A stretch of DNA of 63,801 nt, counting the filler. It is 6 parts of 6 records of this genome, joined end to end, with 100 filler letters (N's around TTAATTAATTAA, not from the genome) between each part and the next. Parts side by side here need not be neighbours in the genome. Positions count along the whole stretch, not along the records: positions 46,038 to 52,516 come from DRR723986_20011; positions 52,617 to 58,033 come from DRR723986_20027; 4 more parts are not named here. One strand, 5' to 3'. The notes under the pieces are model-generated. The model was not told where the DNA came from and made no database searches. It saw only the letters and a list, made by a program, of their open reading frames with translations. Positions 48,718-58,133 of this stretch are shown piece after piece. Numbering within the stretch: position 1 is the first letter of the stretch; each line of letters opens with the position of its first letter. The translations under genes were made by a program, and so were the position numbers.

Positions 48718-51144
48718 ATGCAGACCCAGGCACGTGTGGTGGTCATCGGCGGCGGAGTCGTCGGATGCTCGGTGCTCTATCATCTGGCCAAGGCGGGCTG
48801 GACCGACAGCCTGCTTTTGGAACGGTCCGAGCTGACCTCCGGCTCTACCTGGCACGCGGCGGGGGGATGTCACACGATCAACGGCGATCCGAACGTTGCC
48901 AAGCTGCAAAAATACACCATCGAGCTCTATAAGGAGATCGAGGAGCAGTCCGGCCAGGCCACCGGCTTTCACATGACCGGCGGCGTCATGCTCGCCTCGA
49001 CGCCCGAACGGTTCGACTGGCTGAAATCCACCATGGCCAAGGGCCGCTATCAGGACATCCAGTCGCGCGTGATCACGCCGGAAGAAGCGCATGAGCTGAT
49101 GCCGCTGATTGACCCGGCGCAGTTCGTGGGCGGTCTGGAAACCGTGGTCGATGGCCATCTCGACCCGTCCGGCGTGACCTGGGCCTATGCGAAATCGGCC
49201 AAGAAACTGGGGGCGCATTACGAACAGCATTGCAAGGTCGAGGACATTCTGCGCGCCCGCGATGGTGGCTGGATCGTCAAGACCAATAAGGGCGATGTCG
49301 CCTGTGACCATGTTGTCAACGCCGGCGGCCTCTGGGCGCGTGAAGTGGGCCGTATGGTGGGACTGGAACTGCCGGTTCTGGCGATGGAACACATGTATCT
49401 GATCACCGAGGACATGCCGGAAGTCGCTGAAATCAACAAGACAACCGGCAAGGAAGTGATCCACGCGGTTGATTTCGACGGCGAGCTCTACCTGCGCCAG
49501 GAACGCGGCGGAATGCTGATGGGCACCTATGAAAAGGCCTGCGTGCCCTGGTCTACCCGCCAAACCCCGTGGGAGTTCGGCCACGAACTGCTGCAACCCG
49601 ATATTGACCGGATCGCGCCGTCGCTGGAAGTGGGGTTCGAACATTTCCCCGCCTTCGCCAATGCCGGCATCAAGCAGATCATCAACGGCCCCTTCACCTT
49701 CGCCCCCGACGGCAACCCGCTGATCGGCCCCATCCGTGGCATGCCCGGGCTTTGGTCGGCCTGTGGCGTCATGGCGGGCTTCAGCCAGGGTGGCGGCGTC
49801 GGTCTGGCGCTGGCCAACTGGATCACCCAGGGCGATCCCGGCTTCGATGTCTGGGCCATGGATATCGCGCGCTTTGGCGATTGGGCGACGATGAGCTACA
49901 CCAACCCCAAGGTGCAGGAAAACTACGCCCGCCGCTTCTCGATCAAATTCCCGAATGAAGAGTTGAAGGCCGCCCGCCCCTACAAGACCACGCCGGTCTA
50001 TGACCGGATGCTGTCGCTCGGCGCGCAGATGGGCGATAGCTGGGGCCTTGAAGCGCCGCTGTGGTTCTCGCCCGACGGCACCAAGGATGAATTCAGCTGG
50101 CGCCGCTCAACCGATTTCGAGCACGTCAAGGAAGAGGTCCGCGCCACCCGCGAAGATGTGGGCGTGATGGAAATCTCGGGCTTCTCAAAGTTCTATATCA
50201 GGGGTGCCGGGGCCACCGCCTTCCTCGACACCGTCCTGGCCTGCAAGCTGCCCAAACCCGGCCGCATGACGCTGGCCCCGATGCTGAAGGAAAACGGCAA
50301 GCTGCAAGGCGACCTGACCGTCGCCTGCCTGTCCGGGACAGAGTATTACCTCGCCGGGTCCGGCATGGCCGAGGTGTTCTACGCCCGTTGGTTCGAAAAG
50401 CACATGCCCGCCGACGGATCGGTGCAACTGGAGGTCGTGGGGCTTGGCATGGTCGGCCTGTCCATTGCCGGTCCCAAGTCGCGCGACCTGCTGCAACGCC
50501 TGACCCATGCGGATGTCTCGAACGAGGCGTTCCGCTTCATGGATATCCGCAAGATCGACGTGGGCTTTGCCCCGTGCCTTGTGGGGCGGGTCAGCTTCAC
50601 CGGTGATCTTGGCTACGAGATCTGGATGAAGCCCGAATATCAGCGCCACGTCTTCGACCGGCTGCTGGCAGAGGGCAAGGATCTGGGGTTGAAGCCCTTT
50701 GGCTTGCGGGCGCTGAACGCCATGCGGCTTGAAAAGAACTTCGGCGGATGGGCCCGCGAATTCCGGCCTGTCTATGGCCCGCTGGAGGCCGGGCTGGACC
50801 GCTTCATCGCCTATGGTAAAGACGCTGATTTCATAGGGAAATCCGCTGCAATGGCCGAACGGGACAGCGGCGGAAAGCTGCGCCTGCGCGCCTTCACCGT
50901 GGCCGCGATCGACGCCGATGTCATCGGCGATGAACCGATATGGCACAACGGCGAGGTCGTGGGGTGGGTCACTTCCGGCGGCTACGCCCATAACGCCGGC
51001 CAATCCGTTGCCATGGGCTATGTCGCCAAGGACGTTGCCGACAGCGAAGGCCCCTGGTCCATCGAACTCCTGGGCCATATGCTGGATGCAACGCCCCAAC
51101 ACGCGCCGCTTTTCGACGCCAATTTCGAGCGGATGCGCGGCTGA
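48718..51144 (+). CDS. GcvT-family FAD-dependent oxidoreductase (dimethylglycine/sarcosine dehydrogenase-like)
   Basis: IGGGVVG, LTSGSTWHAAG, NGPFTFAPDG, RVSFTGDLGYE, RLEK, VTSGGY. Confidence 0.9.
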   Translation: MQTQARVVVIGGGVVGCSVLYHLAKAGWTDSLLLERSELTSGSTWHAAGGCHTINGDPNVAKLQKYTIELYKEIEEQSGQATGFHMTGGVMLASTPERFDWLKSTMAKGRYQDIQSRVITPEEAHELMPLIDPAQFVGGLETVVDGHLDPSGVTWAYAKSAKKLGAHYEQHCKVEDILRARDGGWIVKTNKGDVACDHVVNAGGLWAREVGRMVGLELPVLAMEHMYLITEDMPEVAEINKTTGKEVIHAVDFDGELYLRQERGGMLMGTYEKACVPWSTRQTPWEFGHELLQPDIDRIAPSLEVGFEHFPAFANAGIKQIINGPFTFAPDGNPLIGPIRGMPGLWSACGVMAGFSQGGGVGLALANWITQGDPGFDVWAMDIARFGDWATMSYTNPKVQENYARRFSIKFPNEELKAARPYKTTPVYDRMLSLGAQMGDSWGLEAPLWFSPDGTKDEFSWRRSTDFEHVKEEVRATREDVGVMEISGFSKFYIRGAGATAFLDTVLACKLPKPGRMTLAPMLKENGKLQGDLTVACLSGTEYYLAGSGMAEVFYARWFEKHMPADGSVQLEVVGLGMVGLSIAGPKSRDLLQRLTHADVSNEAFRFMDIRKIDVGFAPCLVGRVSFTGDLGYEIWMKPEYQRHVFDRLLAEGKDLGLKPFGLRALNAMRLEKNFGGWAREFRPVYGPLEAGLDRFIAYGKDADFIGKSAAMAERDSGGKLRLRAFTVAAIDADVIGDEPIWHNGEVVGWVTSGGYAHNAGQSVAMGYVAKDVADSEGPWSIELLGHMLDATPQHAPLFDANFERMRG

Positions 51145-51160
51145 CGGGCACAGGGCGGGG

Positions 51161-51688
51161 TCAATCCCTGCCCTCTTCGCTCTCGCGCTGTTCCCGGAAC
51201 CACCGTTCCAGCGCCGGGTTCGGATCTGCGGCCGTTTCCTCCGCGTCCTCTGCCAGATCACGGGGCCGTATCCTGGGCAAGGTGCCACCATTGGGCGTTC
51301 GGAAATAATGCATTTCCCGCGCCCCGAAATAGAAGCTGACAATCGCGCCAAGAAGCCACCATAGCGGTTCCGGCACCGCGTTCAGCCCGACCATGCGAGT
51401 GGAAAACGCCTCCGGATCCACCATGGCGAAGACAAAGAGCCCGATGGTGCCAAGCGCCAGCAACGGCCGAGGCATCCGGTTGATACCATTGATCACGCGG
51501 TCAAACAGACCCGGACGCGCGTATTGAAATTCCTCCCCATGGGCGTCCAGCGCAGCGCGATGCGCGGCGGCAGACAGCTCCATCTGCCTTGTTTCATTGG
51601 CGTGAAAGATCTCGGCCACATCGCTGACGGCCTCACCGGCTGCGGCAATGGTCTGCGGCCCGCCCAGAATGCGCTGCATCAACCCCAT
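51161..51688 (-). CDS. GTA-type holin (3TM holin family)
   Basis: NRMPRP..A, hydrophobic helices, PEPLWWLLGAIVSFYFGAR; overlaps the endolysin stop. Confidence 0.82.
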   Translation of the reverse strand: MGLMQRILGGPQTIAAAGEAVSDVAEIFHANETRQMELSAAAHRAALDAHGEEFQYARPGLFDRVINGINRMPRPLLALGTIGLFVFAMVDPEAFSTRMVGLNAVPEPLWWLLGAIVSFYFGAREMHYFRTPNGGTLPRIRPRDLAEDAEETAADPNPALERWFREQRESEEGRD

Positions 51689-52290
51689 GACGCCACCCGC
51701 GCACGATGTTCCGCGTCCGTCAGGTGGTATTCCGGCGAAATGAATTCCTCAGCCCGCCGGATCCAGCCACCCTTGCCCCCGTCGCGGCGGGTGGCATAAC
51801 GACGAGAGGCCGGACGGCGATCCCCGATAGCGTAGTAGAAATTGCGCCGCGCGATCCCGTAGGCATCCACCAGCTGCTGCCCGGCGCGGTCATAAGCAGC
51901 GGTTGCAGCGGCAACGGTCTGCGGGCCGATCACCCCATCCACGGCGATCTCCAGCCCCATATCCCGCAGCAGCCGTTGCAGGATACGCACCGCGTTCGAG
52001 CCTGCATTCACCTGCATGTCGAACACCGTGGGCTGCATCGCGTCCGGCAACCGGTCAATGTGCGGGGCGTAGTAGTAGTGCCGGATAAAAATTTCGACCG
52101 CACGTTCCCGTGGCAGGGCACGCACATCCACCTCATCGACATCCCCGTCACCATCGAGGTCCAACCCCAGACGGCGCATTGTGTGGATCGTCACCCCGTA
52201 ATTCGTCGCCCCCCCGGGATCATTGGGGTCATTCACATACCCGCCTTCGCGGTCGACAATTTCAGACGCAATCTGGCGAACCGACAGCAT
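51679..52290 (-). CDS. Endolysin: GH108 lysozyme plus a peptidoglycan-binding domain
   Basis: REGGYVNDPNDPGGATNYGVT, FD..VN.G, LQR, VDGVIGPQT, GW..R. Confidence 0.9.
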   Translation of the reverse strand: MLSVRQIASEIVDREGGYVNDPNDPGGATNYGVTIHTMRRLGLDLDGDGDVDEVDVRALPRERAVEIFIRHYYYAPHIDRLPDAMQPTVFDMQVNAGSNAVRILQRLLRDMGLEIAVDGVIGPQTVAAATAAYDRAGQQLVDAYGIARRNFYYAIGDRRPASRRYATRRDGGKGGWIRRAEEFISPEYHLTDAEHRARVASWG

Positions 52291-52345
52291 GGTTCAGCCC
52301 TCCCATGCTCAAGGTTCAAGATGACCCTCACACAATCACAACAGA

Positions 52346-52361
52346 GTAAAGATTTCGCTAA
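52346..52361 (-). promoter_or_regulatory. Candidate CtrA-binding site
   Basis: Minus strand TTAG-N7-TTTAC against consensus TTAA-N7-TTAAC; about 55 nt upstream of the endolysin ATG. Confidence 0.45.
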
Positions 52362-52367
52362 AGCCCA

Positions 52368-52414
52368 TTCATCTTGGCAAAAATACCTCGGGAGCTCGAG
52401 GGCAGAGCCCTCGA
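52368..52414. repeat. REP-like intergenic element (single copy in this window)
   Basis: TTCATCTTGGCAAAAATACCTCGGG followed by the perfect hairpin TCGAGGGC-AGA-GCCCTCGA. Confidence 0.45.
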
Positions 52415-52516
52415 TCCAGAAGCAAAAACAGATAGTTGCGAAAATGGCAGCTCTCGCCATCGCCACGCATCCGTGGCAACGCGCATCGACGAAGGCTCCC
52501 GAAGGGGGCTTGAGGA

Positions 52517-52616
52517 NNNNNNNNNNNNNNNNNNNNNNNNNNNNNNNNNNNNNNNNNNNNTTAATTAATTAANNNNNNNNNNNNNNNNNNNNNNNNNNNN
52601 NNNNNNNNNNNNNNNN
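52517..52616. other. Artificial contig spacer
   Basis: 44 N + TTAATTAATTAA + 44 N. Confidence 0.98.
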
Positions 52617-53009
52617 CAGCGTTTGCGCCAGCAAGGTCTTGCCGCAGCCGGTGGGGCCGATCAGCAGGATGTTGGATTTCGCCAGCTCAATATCGCCGCC
52701 CTTTTGGGCGTGGTTGAGGCGCTTGTAGTGGTTGTGCACCGCGACCGACAGCACACGTTTTGCCGTCGCCTGTCCGATCACATAATCATCCAGCACTTCG
52801 CAGATGTCTTTGGGGGTTGGCACACCATCGGTTGCCTTGAGGCCCGATGCTTTGGTTTCCTCCCGGATGATGTCCATGCACAGCTCAACGCATTCATCAC
52901 AGATGAAAACGGTTGGCCCCGCAATCAGCTTGCGCACCTCGTGCTGGCTCTTGCCGCAAAAACTGCAATAGAGGGTGTTTTTGCTGTCGCCGCCGGAATT
53001 ATTCGCCAT
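52617..53009 (-). CDS. clpX: ATP-dependent Clp protease ATP-binding subunit, N-terminal fragment
   Basis: CSFCGK...CDECV zinc finger, [20 protein letters not shown]. Confidence 0.95.
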
Positions 53010-53134
53010 CTCAACCCTTTCAGGTCTTTCGTGTTTATTTGCCCCTGCGTTGGGGACTGCGTGGTTGGCCCTGATCCTAGGCCAGAGGCACCGGCGCTAC
53101 AATCGCAAAATCGCAGCGCCGGGTGGTTCAGGTG

Positions 53135-53791
53135 TTACTTGTCACCCTTGCCCTTTGTGGGGGCGTCCGGGTCATCTGCCTTGCCGCGGCTTTCGACGAT
53201 CTCGTCGATCAGCCCCCAGTCTTTGGCCTCTTCCGGTGACATGAAATTATCCCGCTCAAGCGCCTCTTCGACCTTTTTCAGGGTCTGGCCCGTGTGCTTG
53301 ACGTAAATCTCGTTCAGGCGGGTTTTCAGTTTCTGGGTTTCCTGAGCGTGGATCATGATATCCGTCGCCTGTCCCTGATAGCCGCCAGAGGGCTGGTGTA
53401 CCATCACGCGGCTGTTGGGCAGAGAAAAGCGCATGCCCGGCTCACCCGCCGTCAGCAACAGCGATCCCATCGAGGCCGCCTGCCCGATGACCAGCGTGCT
53501 GACCTTGGGTTTGATGTACTGCATAGTGTCGTAGATCGACAGACCAGAGGTCACAACACCGCCGGGGCTGTTGATATACATGGAGATTTCCTTGGACGGA
53601 TTTTCCGCCTCAAGGTGCAAAAGCTGCGCCACGATCAGCGATGACATGCCGTCATGCACCGGACCGGACAAAAAGATGATCCGTTCCTTCAGCAGGCGCG
53701 AGAAAATGTCATAGGCCCGTTCGCCGCGGCTGGTTTGCTCCACCACCATGGGGACCAGCGTGTTCATGTATGTTTCGTATGGATCTGTCAT
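53135..53791 (-). CDS. clpP: ATP-dependent Clp protease proteolytic subunit
   Basis: [39 protein letters not shown] at 53791. Confidence 0.95.
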   Translation of the reverse strand: MTDPYETYMNTLVPMVVEQTSRGERAYDIFSRLLKERIIFLSGPVHDGMSSLIVAQLLHLEAENPSKEISMYINSPGGVVTSGLSIYDTMQYIKPKVSTLVIGQAASMGSLLLTAGEPGMRFSLPNSRVMVHQPSGGYQGQATDIMIHAQETQKLKTRLNEIYVKHTGQTLKKVEEALERDNFMSPEEAKDWGLIDEIVESRGKADDPDAPTKGKGDK

Positions 53792-53993
53792 TGATGCCTG
53801 CCTGTTAAGATGTCCGCAGGACCATACCCGCAAAACCGTTACCCAGAGATTAGTCTCGCCCCTTGGGGGGTTCAAGGGGTGCTCTGTCCGCCAGATCGGA
53901 TTGGCGCGGTCCGTCCGCCTTGCAACCCGGCCCCGGAGGGGGTCAAATGTCGCTGGCGGCACCTTTTTGACCGCTGGCAGACCCATTTTCCGC

Positions 53994-54033
53994 GGTTCAC
54001 AAAACTGACATCCTGCCTACATAAATCCATTAC
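53994..54033 (+). promoter_or_regulatory. Pho box array (PhoB-binding) upstream of phoX
   Basis: 11-bp period: GGTTCAC aaaa CTGACAT cctg CCTACAT aaat CCATTAC, against consensus CTGTCAT-N4. Confidence 0.65.
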
Positions 54034-54083
54034 AGAATCCGGCCACTAGGGGCGCAACGCAACCGCAGCCATAGGAACAAGCC

Positions 54084-56105
54084 ATGACGCGCAAAGACAT
54101 CCTGAATGACCCGGCGATCGGCAACAAGGCCGAAGCCTTTGAGGCCTTTGATGATATCCCCACAAACCCCAATCTGGACCGCACCATCGGCGATGTGATC
54201 AACGCCCGTTATGGCCGCCGCGACGTTCTGCGCGGGATGCTTGGGGTGTCTGCCACCACGGCGCTCTTTGGCAGTTCCGCGCTGATGGCCCCGAATGAGG
54301 CCACTGCGGGCGAAGCGCAGAGCCGTTACAAGTTCGAAGAACTGACGGCCGGTAATGACGAAACGCATCATGTCGCCGAAGGCTATGATGCACAGGTGTT
54401 GCTGCGTTGGGGTGATCCGGTGCTTGCGAATGCGCCCGAATTTGACGTGATGAAACAGACCGCCGAGGCCCAGCTCAAGCAGTTTGGCTACAACAACGAT
54501 TACGTCGGCTTTGTGCCGCTGAACGAGGCTGGAACACGCGGCCTGCTGTGTGTGAACCACGAATACACCAACGAAGAAGTGATGTTCCCCGGTCTGGGCC
54601 GTCAGGACAAAGCCGGATTCGAAGGGATGACGCCCGAATTGATCGACATCGAGATGGCTGCCCATGGTGGCACCGTGGTCGAGATTGCGCAGGATGACGC
54701 GGGCCAATGGTCCGTGGTGCAGGACGGCAAGATGAATCGCCGGGTGACACCGTTGAACACCGCAATGACCCTGTCTGGCCCTGCGGCGGGCCATAAGCGC
54801 ATGAAAACAAATGATGATCCTGCCGGTATGAACGTGATCGGCACGATCAACAACTGCGCGGGCGGCATGACCCCTTGGGGTACGTGGTTGATGGCCGAGG
54901 AAAACTTTCACGGCTATTTCTGGACCGATGTTCTGGATGCGGATGGCAAGCCGGACCTGAGCGCGCATGACGATGCCGCGCAGAAGAAACGCTACGGCGT
55001 GCCGGGCCGCTGGTATGCCTGGGGCAAGTTCCACGACCGCTACAACATCGACAAGGAACCCAATATGCCGAATAAATTCGGCTGGGTGGTCGAAGTGGAC
55101 CCGATGGACCCGACCTCAACCCCCGTCAAACACACCGCTTTGGGCCGTTTCCGCCATGAAGGCGCGGAAACCACAGTCAGCACCGATGGCAAGCTGGTCG
55201 TGTACATGGGCGACGATAACCGCTTTGACTATCAGTACAAATATGTCTCCAACGGATCCGTATCGGATGACCGCGCCACCAATTCCAAATTGCTCAGCGA
55301 GGGCACGCTTTATGTGGCCCGTTTTGACGAGGATGGCAGCGTCACATGGATGCCGCTGGTCCATGGCATGGGGCCGCTGACGGCTGAAAACGGGTTCAAC
55401 GATCAGGGCGATGTGCTGATTGATACGCGCCTTGCCGCCGATCTGTTGGGCGCGACCCCGATGGACCGCCCCGAAGACGCGCAGCCGCGCGGGGATGGCA
55501 CGGCCTATATCATGTTGACAAACAACAACAAACGCAAGGAAGCCAACGCCGCCAACCCGCGCAACAAAAGCAATTTTGGCCATATCATCGAGATCAAGGA
55601 AGACGGCGGTGATCATGCGGCAACCCAAGGCACTTGGTCCATTTTGGTGAAATGCGGCGATCCGTCGATTTCCGAGGTTGGGGCGCAGTGGAACCCTGAA
55701 ACCTCTGAAAACGGCTGGTTCGGGTCGCCCGACAATTGTGCGATGGATGCCGATGGCCGCCTCTGGGTGTCCACCGATCAGGGCAGCAAATGGGGCAAGA
55801 CCGGCAAGTCCGACGGGCTTTATGCGGTTGAGACCGAAGGCACGGCGCGGGGCACATCCAAGCTGTTCTTCCGCTGCCCTGTGGGCGGCGAGATGTGCGG
55901 GCCTTACTTTACCGATGACGGCGAGACATTGTTCCTCGCGGTGCAACACCCCGGCACGGATGGCACCAAAGACCTCAAAGGGTTTGAGCGGGCCTCAACC
56001 TTTGAAGATCCCGCCACCCGCTGGCCGGATTTTGACCCAAAGATGCCGCCGCGCCCCTCGGTGGTGGTGGTGACAAAGAAAGGTGGCGGCAAGATCGCCG
56101 TGTGA
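54084..56105 (+). CDS. phoX: PhoX alkaline phosphatase, Tat-exported
   Basis: Twin-Arg RRDVL; GYNND, NHEY, NCAGG.TPWGT...EEN, GRFRHE, MDRPE, PDN, QHPG. Confidence 0.92.
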   Translation: MTRKDILNDPAIGNKAEAFEAFDDIPTNPNLDRTIGDVINARYGRRDVLRGMLGVSATTALFGSSALMAPNEATAGEAQSRYKFEELTAGNDETHHVAEGYDAQVLLRWGDPVLANAPEFDVMKQTAEAQLKQFGYNNDYVGFVPLNEAGTRGLLCVNHEYTNEEVMFPGLGRQDKAGFEGMTPELIDIEMAAHGGTVVEIAQDDAGQWSVVQDGKMNRRVTPLNTAMTLSGPAAGHKRMKTNDDPAGMNVIGTINNCAGGMTPWGTWLMAEENFHGYFWTDVLDADGKPDLSAHDDAAQKKRYGVPGRWYAWGKFHDRYNIDKEPNMPNKFGWVVEVDPMDPTSTPVKHTALGRFRHEGAETTVSTDGKLVVYMGDDNRFDYQYKYVSNGSVSDDRATNSKLLSEGTLYVARFDEDGSVTWMPLVHGMGPLTAENGFNDQGDVLIDTRLAADLLGATPMDRPEDAQPRGDGTAYIMLTNNNKRKEANAANPRNKSNFGHIIEIKEDGGDHAATQGTWSILVKCGDPSISEVGAQWNPETSENGWFGSPDNCAMDADGRLWVSTDQGSKWGKTGKSDGLYAVETEGTARGTSKLFFRCPVGGEMCGPYFTDDGETLFLAVQHPGTDGTKDLKGFERASTFEDPATRWPDFDPKMPPRPSVVVVTKKGGGKIAV

Positions 56106-56134
56106 ATTGAGCCCAGTTTGTTTCAGCAGTCGAT

Positions 56135-56160
56135 GCCCCGCCAATTTGGCGGGGCTTTTT
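56135..56160 (+). terminator. Rho-independent terminator after phoX
   Basis: GCCCCGCCA-ATT-TGGCGGGGC followed by TTTTT. Confidence 0.85.
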
Positions 56161-56341
56161 CGTATCGGACCCGTCCGGCCGTTGCGCGAAAGGTCGAATT
56201 GATCCGCACGGCCCTTCAAAAACCCATTCGGTTCCTCATTTCAGCCATAAAAATCCGGCACCAACGCCGCTCAACGAAAACCATATTTCGGTTTTAACCC
56301 TGGCTTTTACCGCTTGGGATTCCAATTAAAGGCTTGTTTTT

Positions 56342-57496
56342 ATGACCGCGTACATTTCTGAAATCGACACCCGGGGCAACATTGGCAACGAATTTGTAGA
56401 GGTCGCGGCACCTGCCGGAACCGACATGTCGGGTTTCACGCTTTATATATATGACGAATCTGGCAGTGTTCTCAGCGGCCCTTACGGGATGGGCTCCCTT
56501 CAGACAACCATCAGCGGTCAGGACGTTTATGTCCTGGACAATGCCTCTGTCGGTTTGCCGGGCATTCGCGGCGAGAACGGTGTGGCGCTGGTGGACGACA
56601 CCGGGGCAGTTGTTCAGTTCGTTTCATTCGAAGGCCGGGTGGTGTCGGCATCGGACGGACCTGCCGCCGGACTGTCCAGTACGGACATCGGGACACAAAC
56701 AAGCAGCGGCAGTTTGCAATCAGATGATGGCGGAAACTCATATTATTCGCAGTCGACACCAAACTCGGGAACCGTGCCTTGTTATGCACACGGCACCTTG
56801 ATCGAAACGCCTGAGGGTCAGCGCGCAATCGAGACTTTGCGCCCCGGTGACATTGTAATCACTGCAGACAACGGCCCGCAGGAAATTCGCTGGATAAGCA
56901 GCAAGGACCATCCGCTTGACGGGTTGGGAACAGACAAACGGCCCGTTCTTATTCAAGCCGGAGCGTTGGGCCCTGATTTGCCCAACAGGGATTTGATCGT
57001 TTCCCCGCAACATCGCATTTTGGTGGGCGCGGCGGGGCAACTTGAAGCGCTGTTCAGCAGGCCTGCATTTGTACCGGCCAAGGCACTGACCGGGCTGGTG
57101 GGCATACGTCACATGACCGGAAAATCCAGCATCACTTGGATACATTTCGCCTGCGACCGTCACGAGATTGTCCGCGCCAATGGTTGCTTGGCCGAAAGCC
57201 TGTTGCTGGGTCCGATGGTGATCAACGGGATGACACCCCCGGAGCGTCGCAGGGTCAAAGCGATATTTGGCGCGGCACCACATCTATGTTCGGCGCTCAA
57301 CGGACCAGCCGCGCGGGTGTGCCTCAAAATAAAAGACGCGAAAGCGCAGATCCAACAAAGCCTGGCCGGTGGCCTGAAAGGCAGCCACAAAGCTCAGATC
57401 AATTGGCCAATGGCACGGGCGGCAAAAACTTCCACCCGTGCGGGGCTTGAAACGCGTTACTCAGCCAGACAATCACGCATGTCTGCGGCGAGTTGA
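56342..57496 (+). CDS. Hint-domain (bacterial intein-like) protein with an N-terminal lamin-tail-like domain
   Basis: VPCYAHGTLIETPEG...L.PGD.V.T.DNG.Q.IRWI, VSPQHRIL, H.IV.ANG..AESL; N-terminus ISEI...EFVEV...D.SGF. Confidence 0.85.
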   Translation: MTAYISEIDTRGNIGNEFVEVAAPAGTDMSGFTLYIYDESGSVLSGPYGMGSLQTTISGQDVYVLDNASVGLPGIRGENGVALVDDTGAVVQFVSFEGRVVSASDGPAAGLSSTDIGTQTSSGSLQSDDGGNSYYSQSTPNSGTVPCYAHGTLIETPEGQRAIETLRPGDIVITADNGPQEIRWISSKDHPLDGLGTDKRPVLIQAGALGPDLPNRDLIVSPQHRILVGAAGQLEALFSRPAFVPAKALTGLVGIRHMTGKSSITWIHFACDRHEIVRANGCLAESLLLGPMVINGMTPPERRRVKAIFGAAPHLCSALNGPAARVCLKIKDAKAQIQQSLAGGLKGSHKAQINWPMARAAKTSTRAGLETRYSARQSRMSAAS

Positions 57497-58033
57497 TCCA
57501 ACGTATCCAGATAATGTGACGGCCCCGCTGGCACATCAGCGCCCAGCGGATCAAGCGTGCCGATCTTGACAGGCAAGCCTTCTGTGACCGTGATCAGCAG
57601 CCCTTGGTTCAACTGCGGCTCGGCAAAGGCGCAGACCACGCCCTCTGACTGCACATGCGCGCGCAATTGTGCGACCCGCGCCGCGCCGGGGCTTGCGGCA
57701 TCTGAATCGTGCACCGAAGCAACTGCATTCAGTTCATACCGCGCTTCGACGTATTGGAACGCATCGTGCAACACCACGAAGGGGCGGTTCTGAAGCGGGG
57801 CAAATGCCTCTTGCGCTTTGGCCTCATGCGCCAGAATGTTCTGGATCAGGTTGAGTGCGTTCGTCTGGTAAAGCGCGGCATTGTCCGGGTCGATCTGAGC
57901 CAGTTGTTTGGAAATCGCACCGGCCCATGCGGCCCCGTTGAGCGGGTCAAGCCAAGCATGTGGGTCGACGCCACCTGCGTGATGGTCGGCGTGCTCATCA
58001 TGGTCGGCGTGGTCATCATGATCGGCGTGGTCA
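57457..58033 (-). CDS. znuA: Zinc ABC transporter substrate-binding protein, 5'-truncated
   Basis: His/Asp loop DHADHDDHADHDEHADHH, DPHAWLDP, HDAFQY, C.FAEPQ, LDPLG, terminal CL. Confidence 0.87.
57981..58033 (-). repeat. 18-bp tandem repeat encoding DHADHD
   Basis: About three near-identical GACCACGCCGAYCATGAT units running into the contig end. Confidence 0.8.
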
Positions 58034-58133
58034 NNNNNNNNNNNNNNNNNNNNNNNNNNNNNNNNNNNNNNNNNNNNTTAATTAATTAANNNNNNNNNNN
58101 NNNNNNNNNNNNNNNNNNNNNNNNNNNNNNNNN
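58034..58133. other. Artificial contig spacer
   Basis: 44 N + TTAATTAATTAA + 44 N. Confidence 0.98.

Noticed and set aside
53091..53122. Hairpin CCGGCGCT...AGCGCCGG between clpP and clpX
   Set aside because: Real but unremarkable: an 8-bp GC stem with no U-tract in GC-rich DNA, and no further support for a function
56294..56310. Possible CtrA site upstream of the Hint gene
   Set aside because: TTAA-N7 is followed by TTTT; the better half-site needs 8-nt spacing, so the match is too weak
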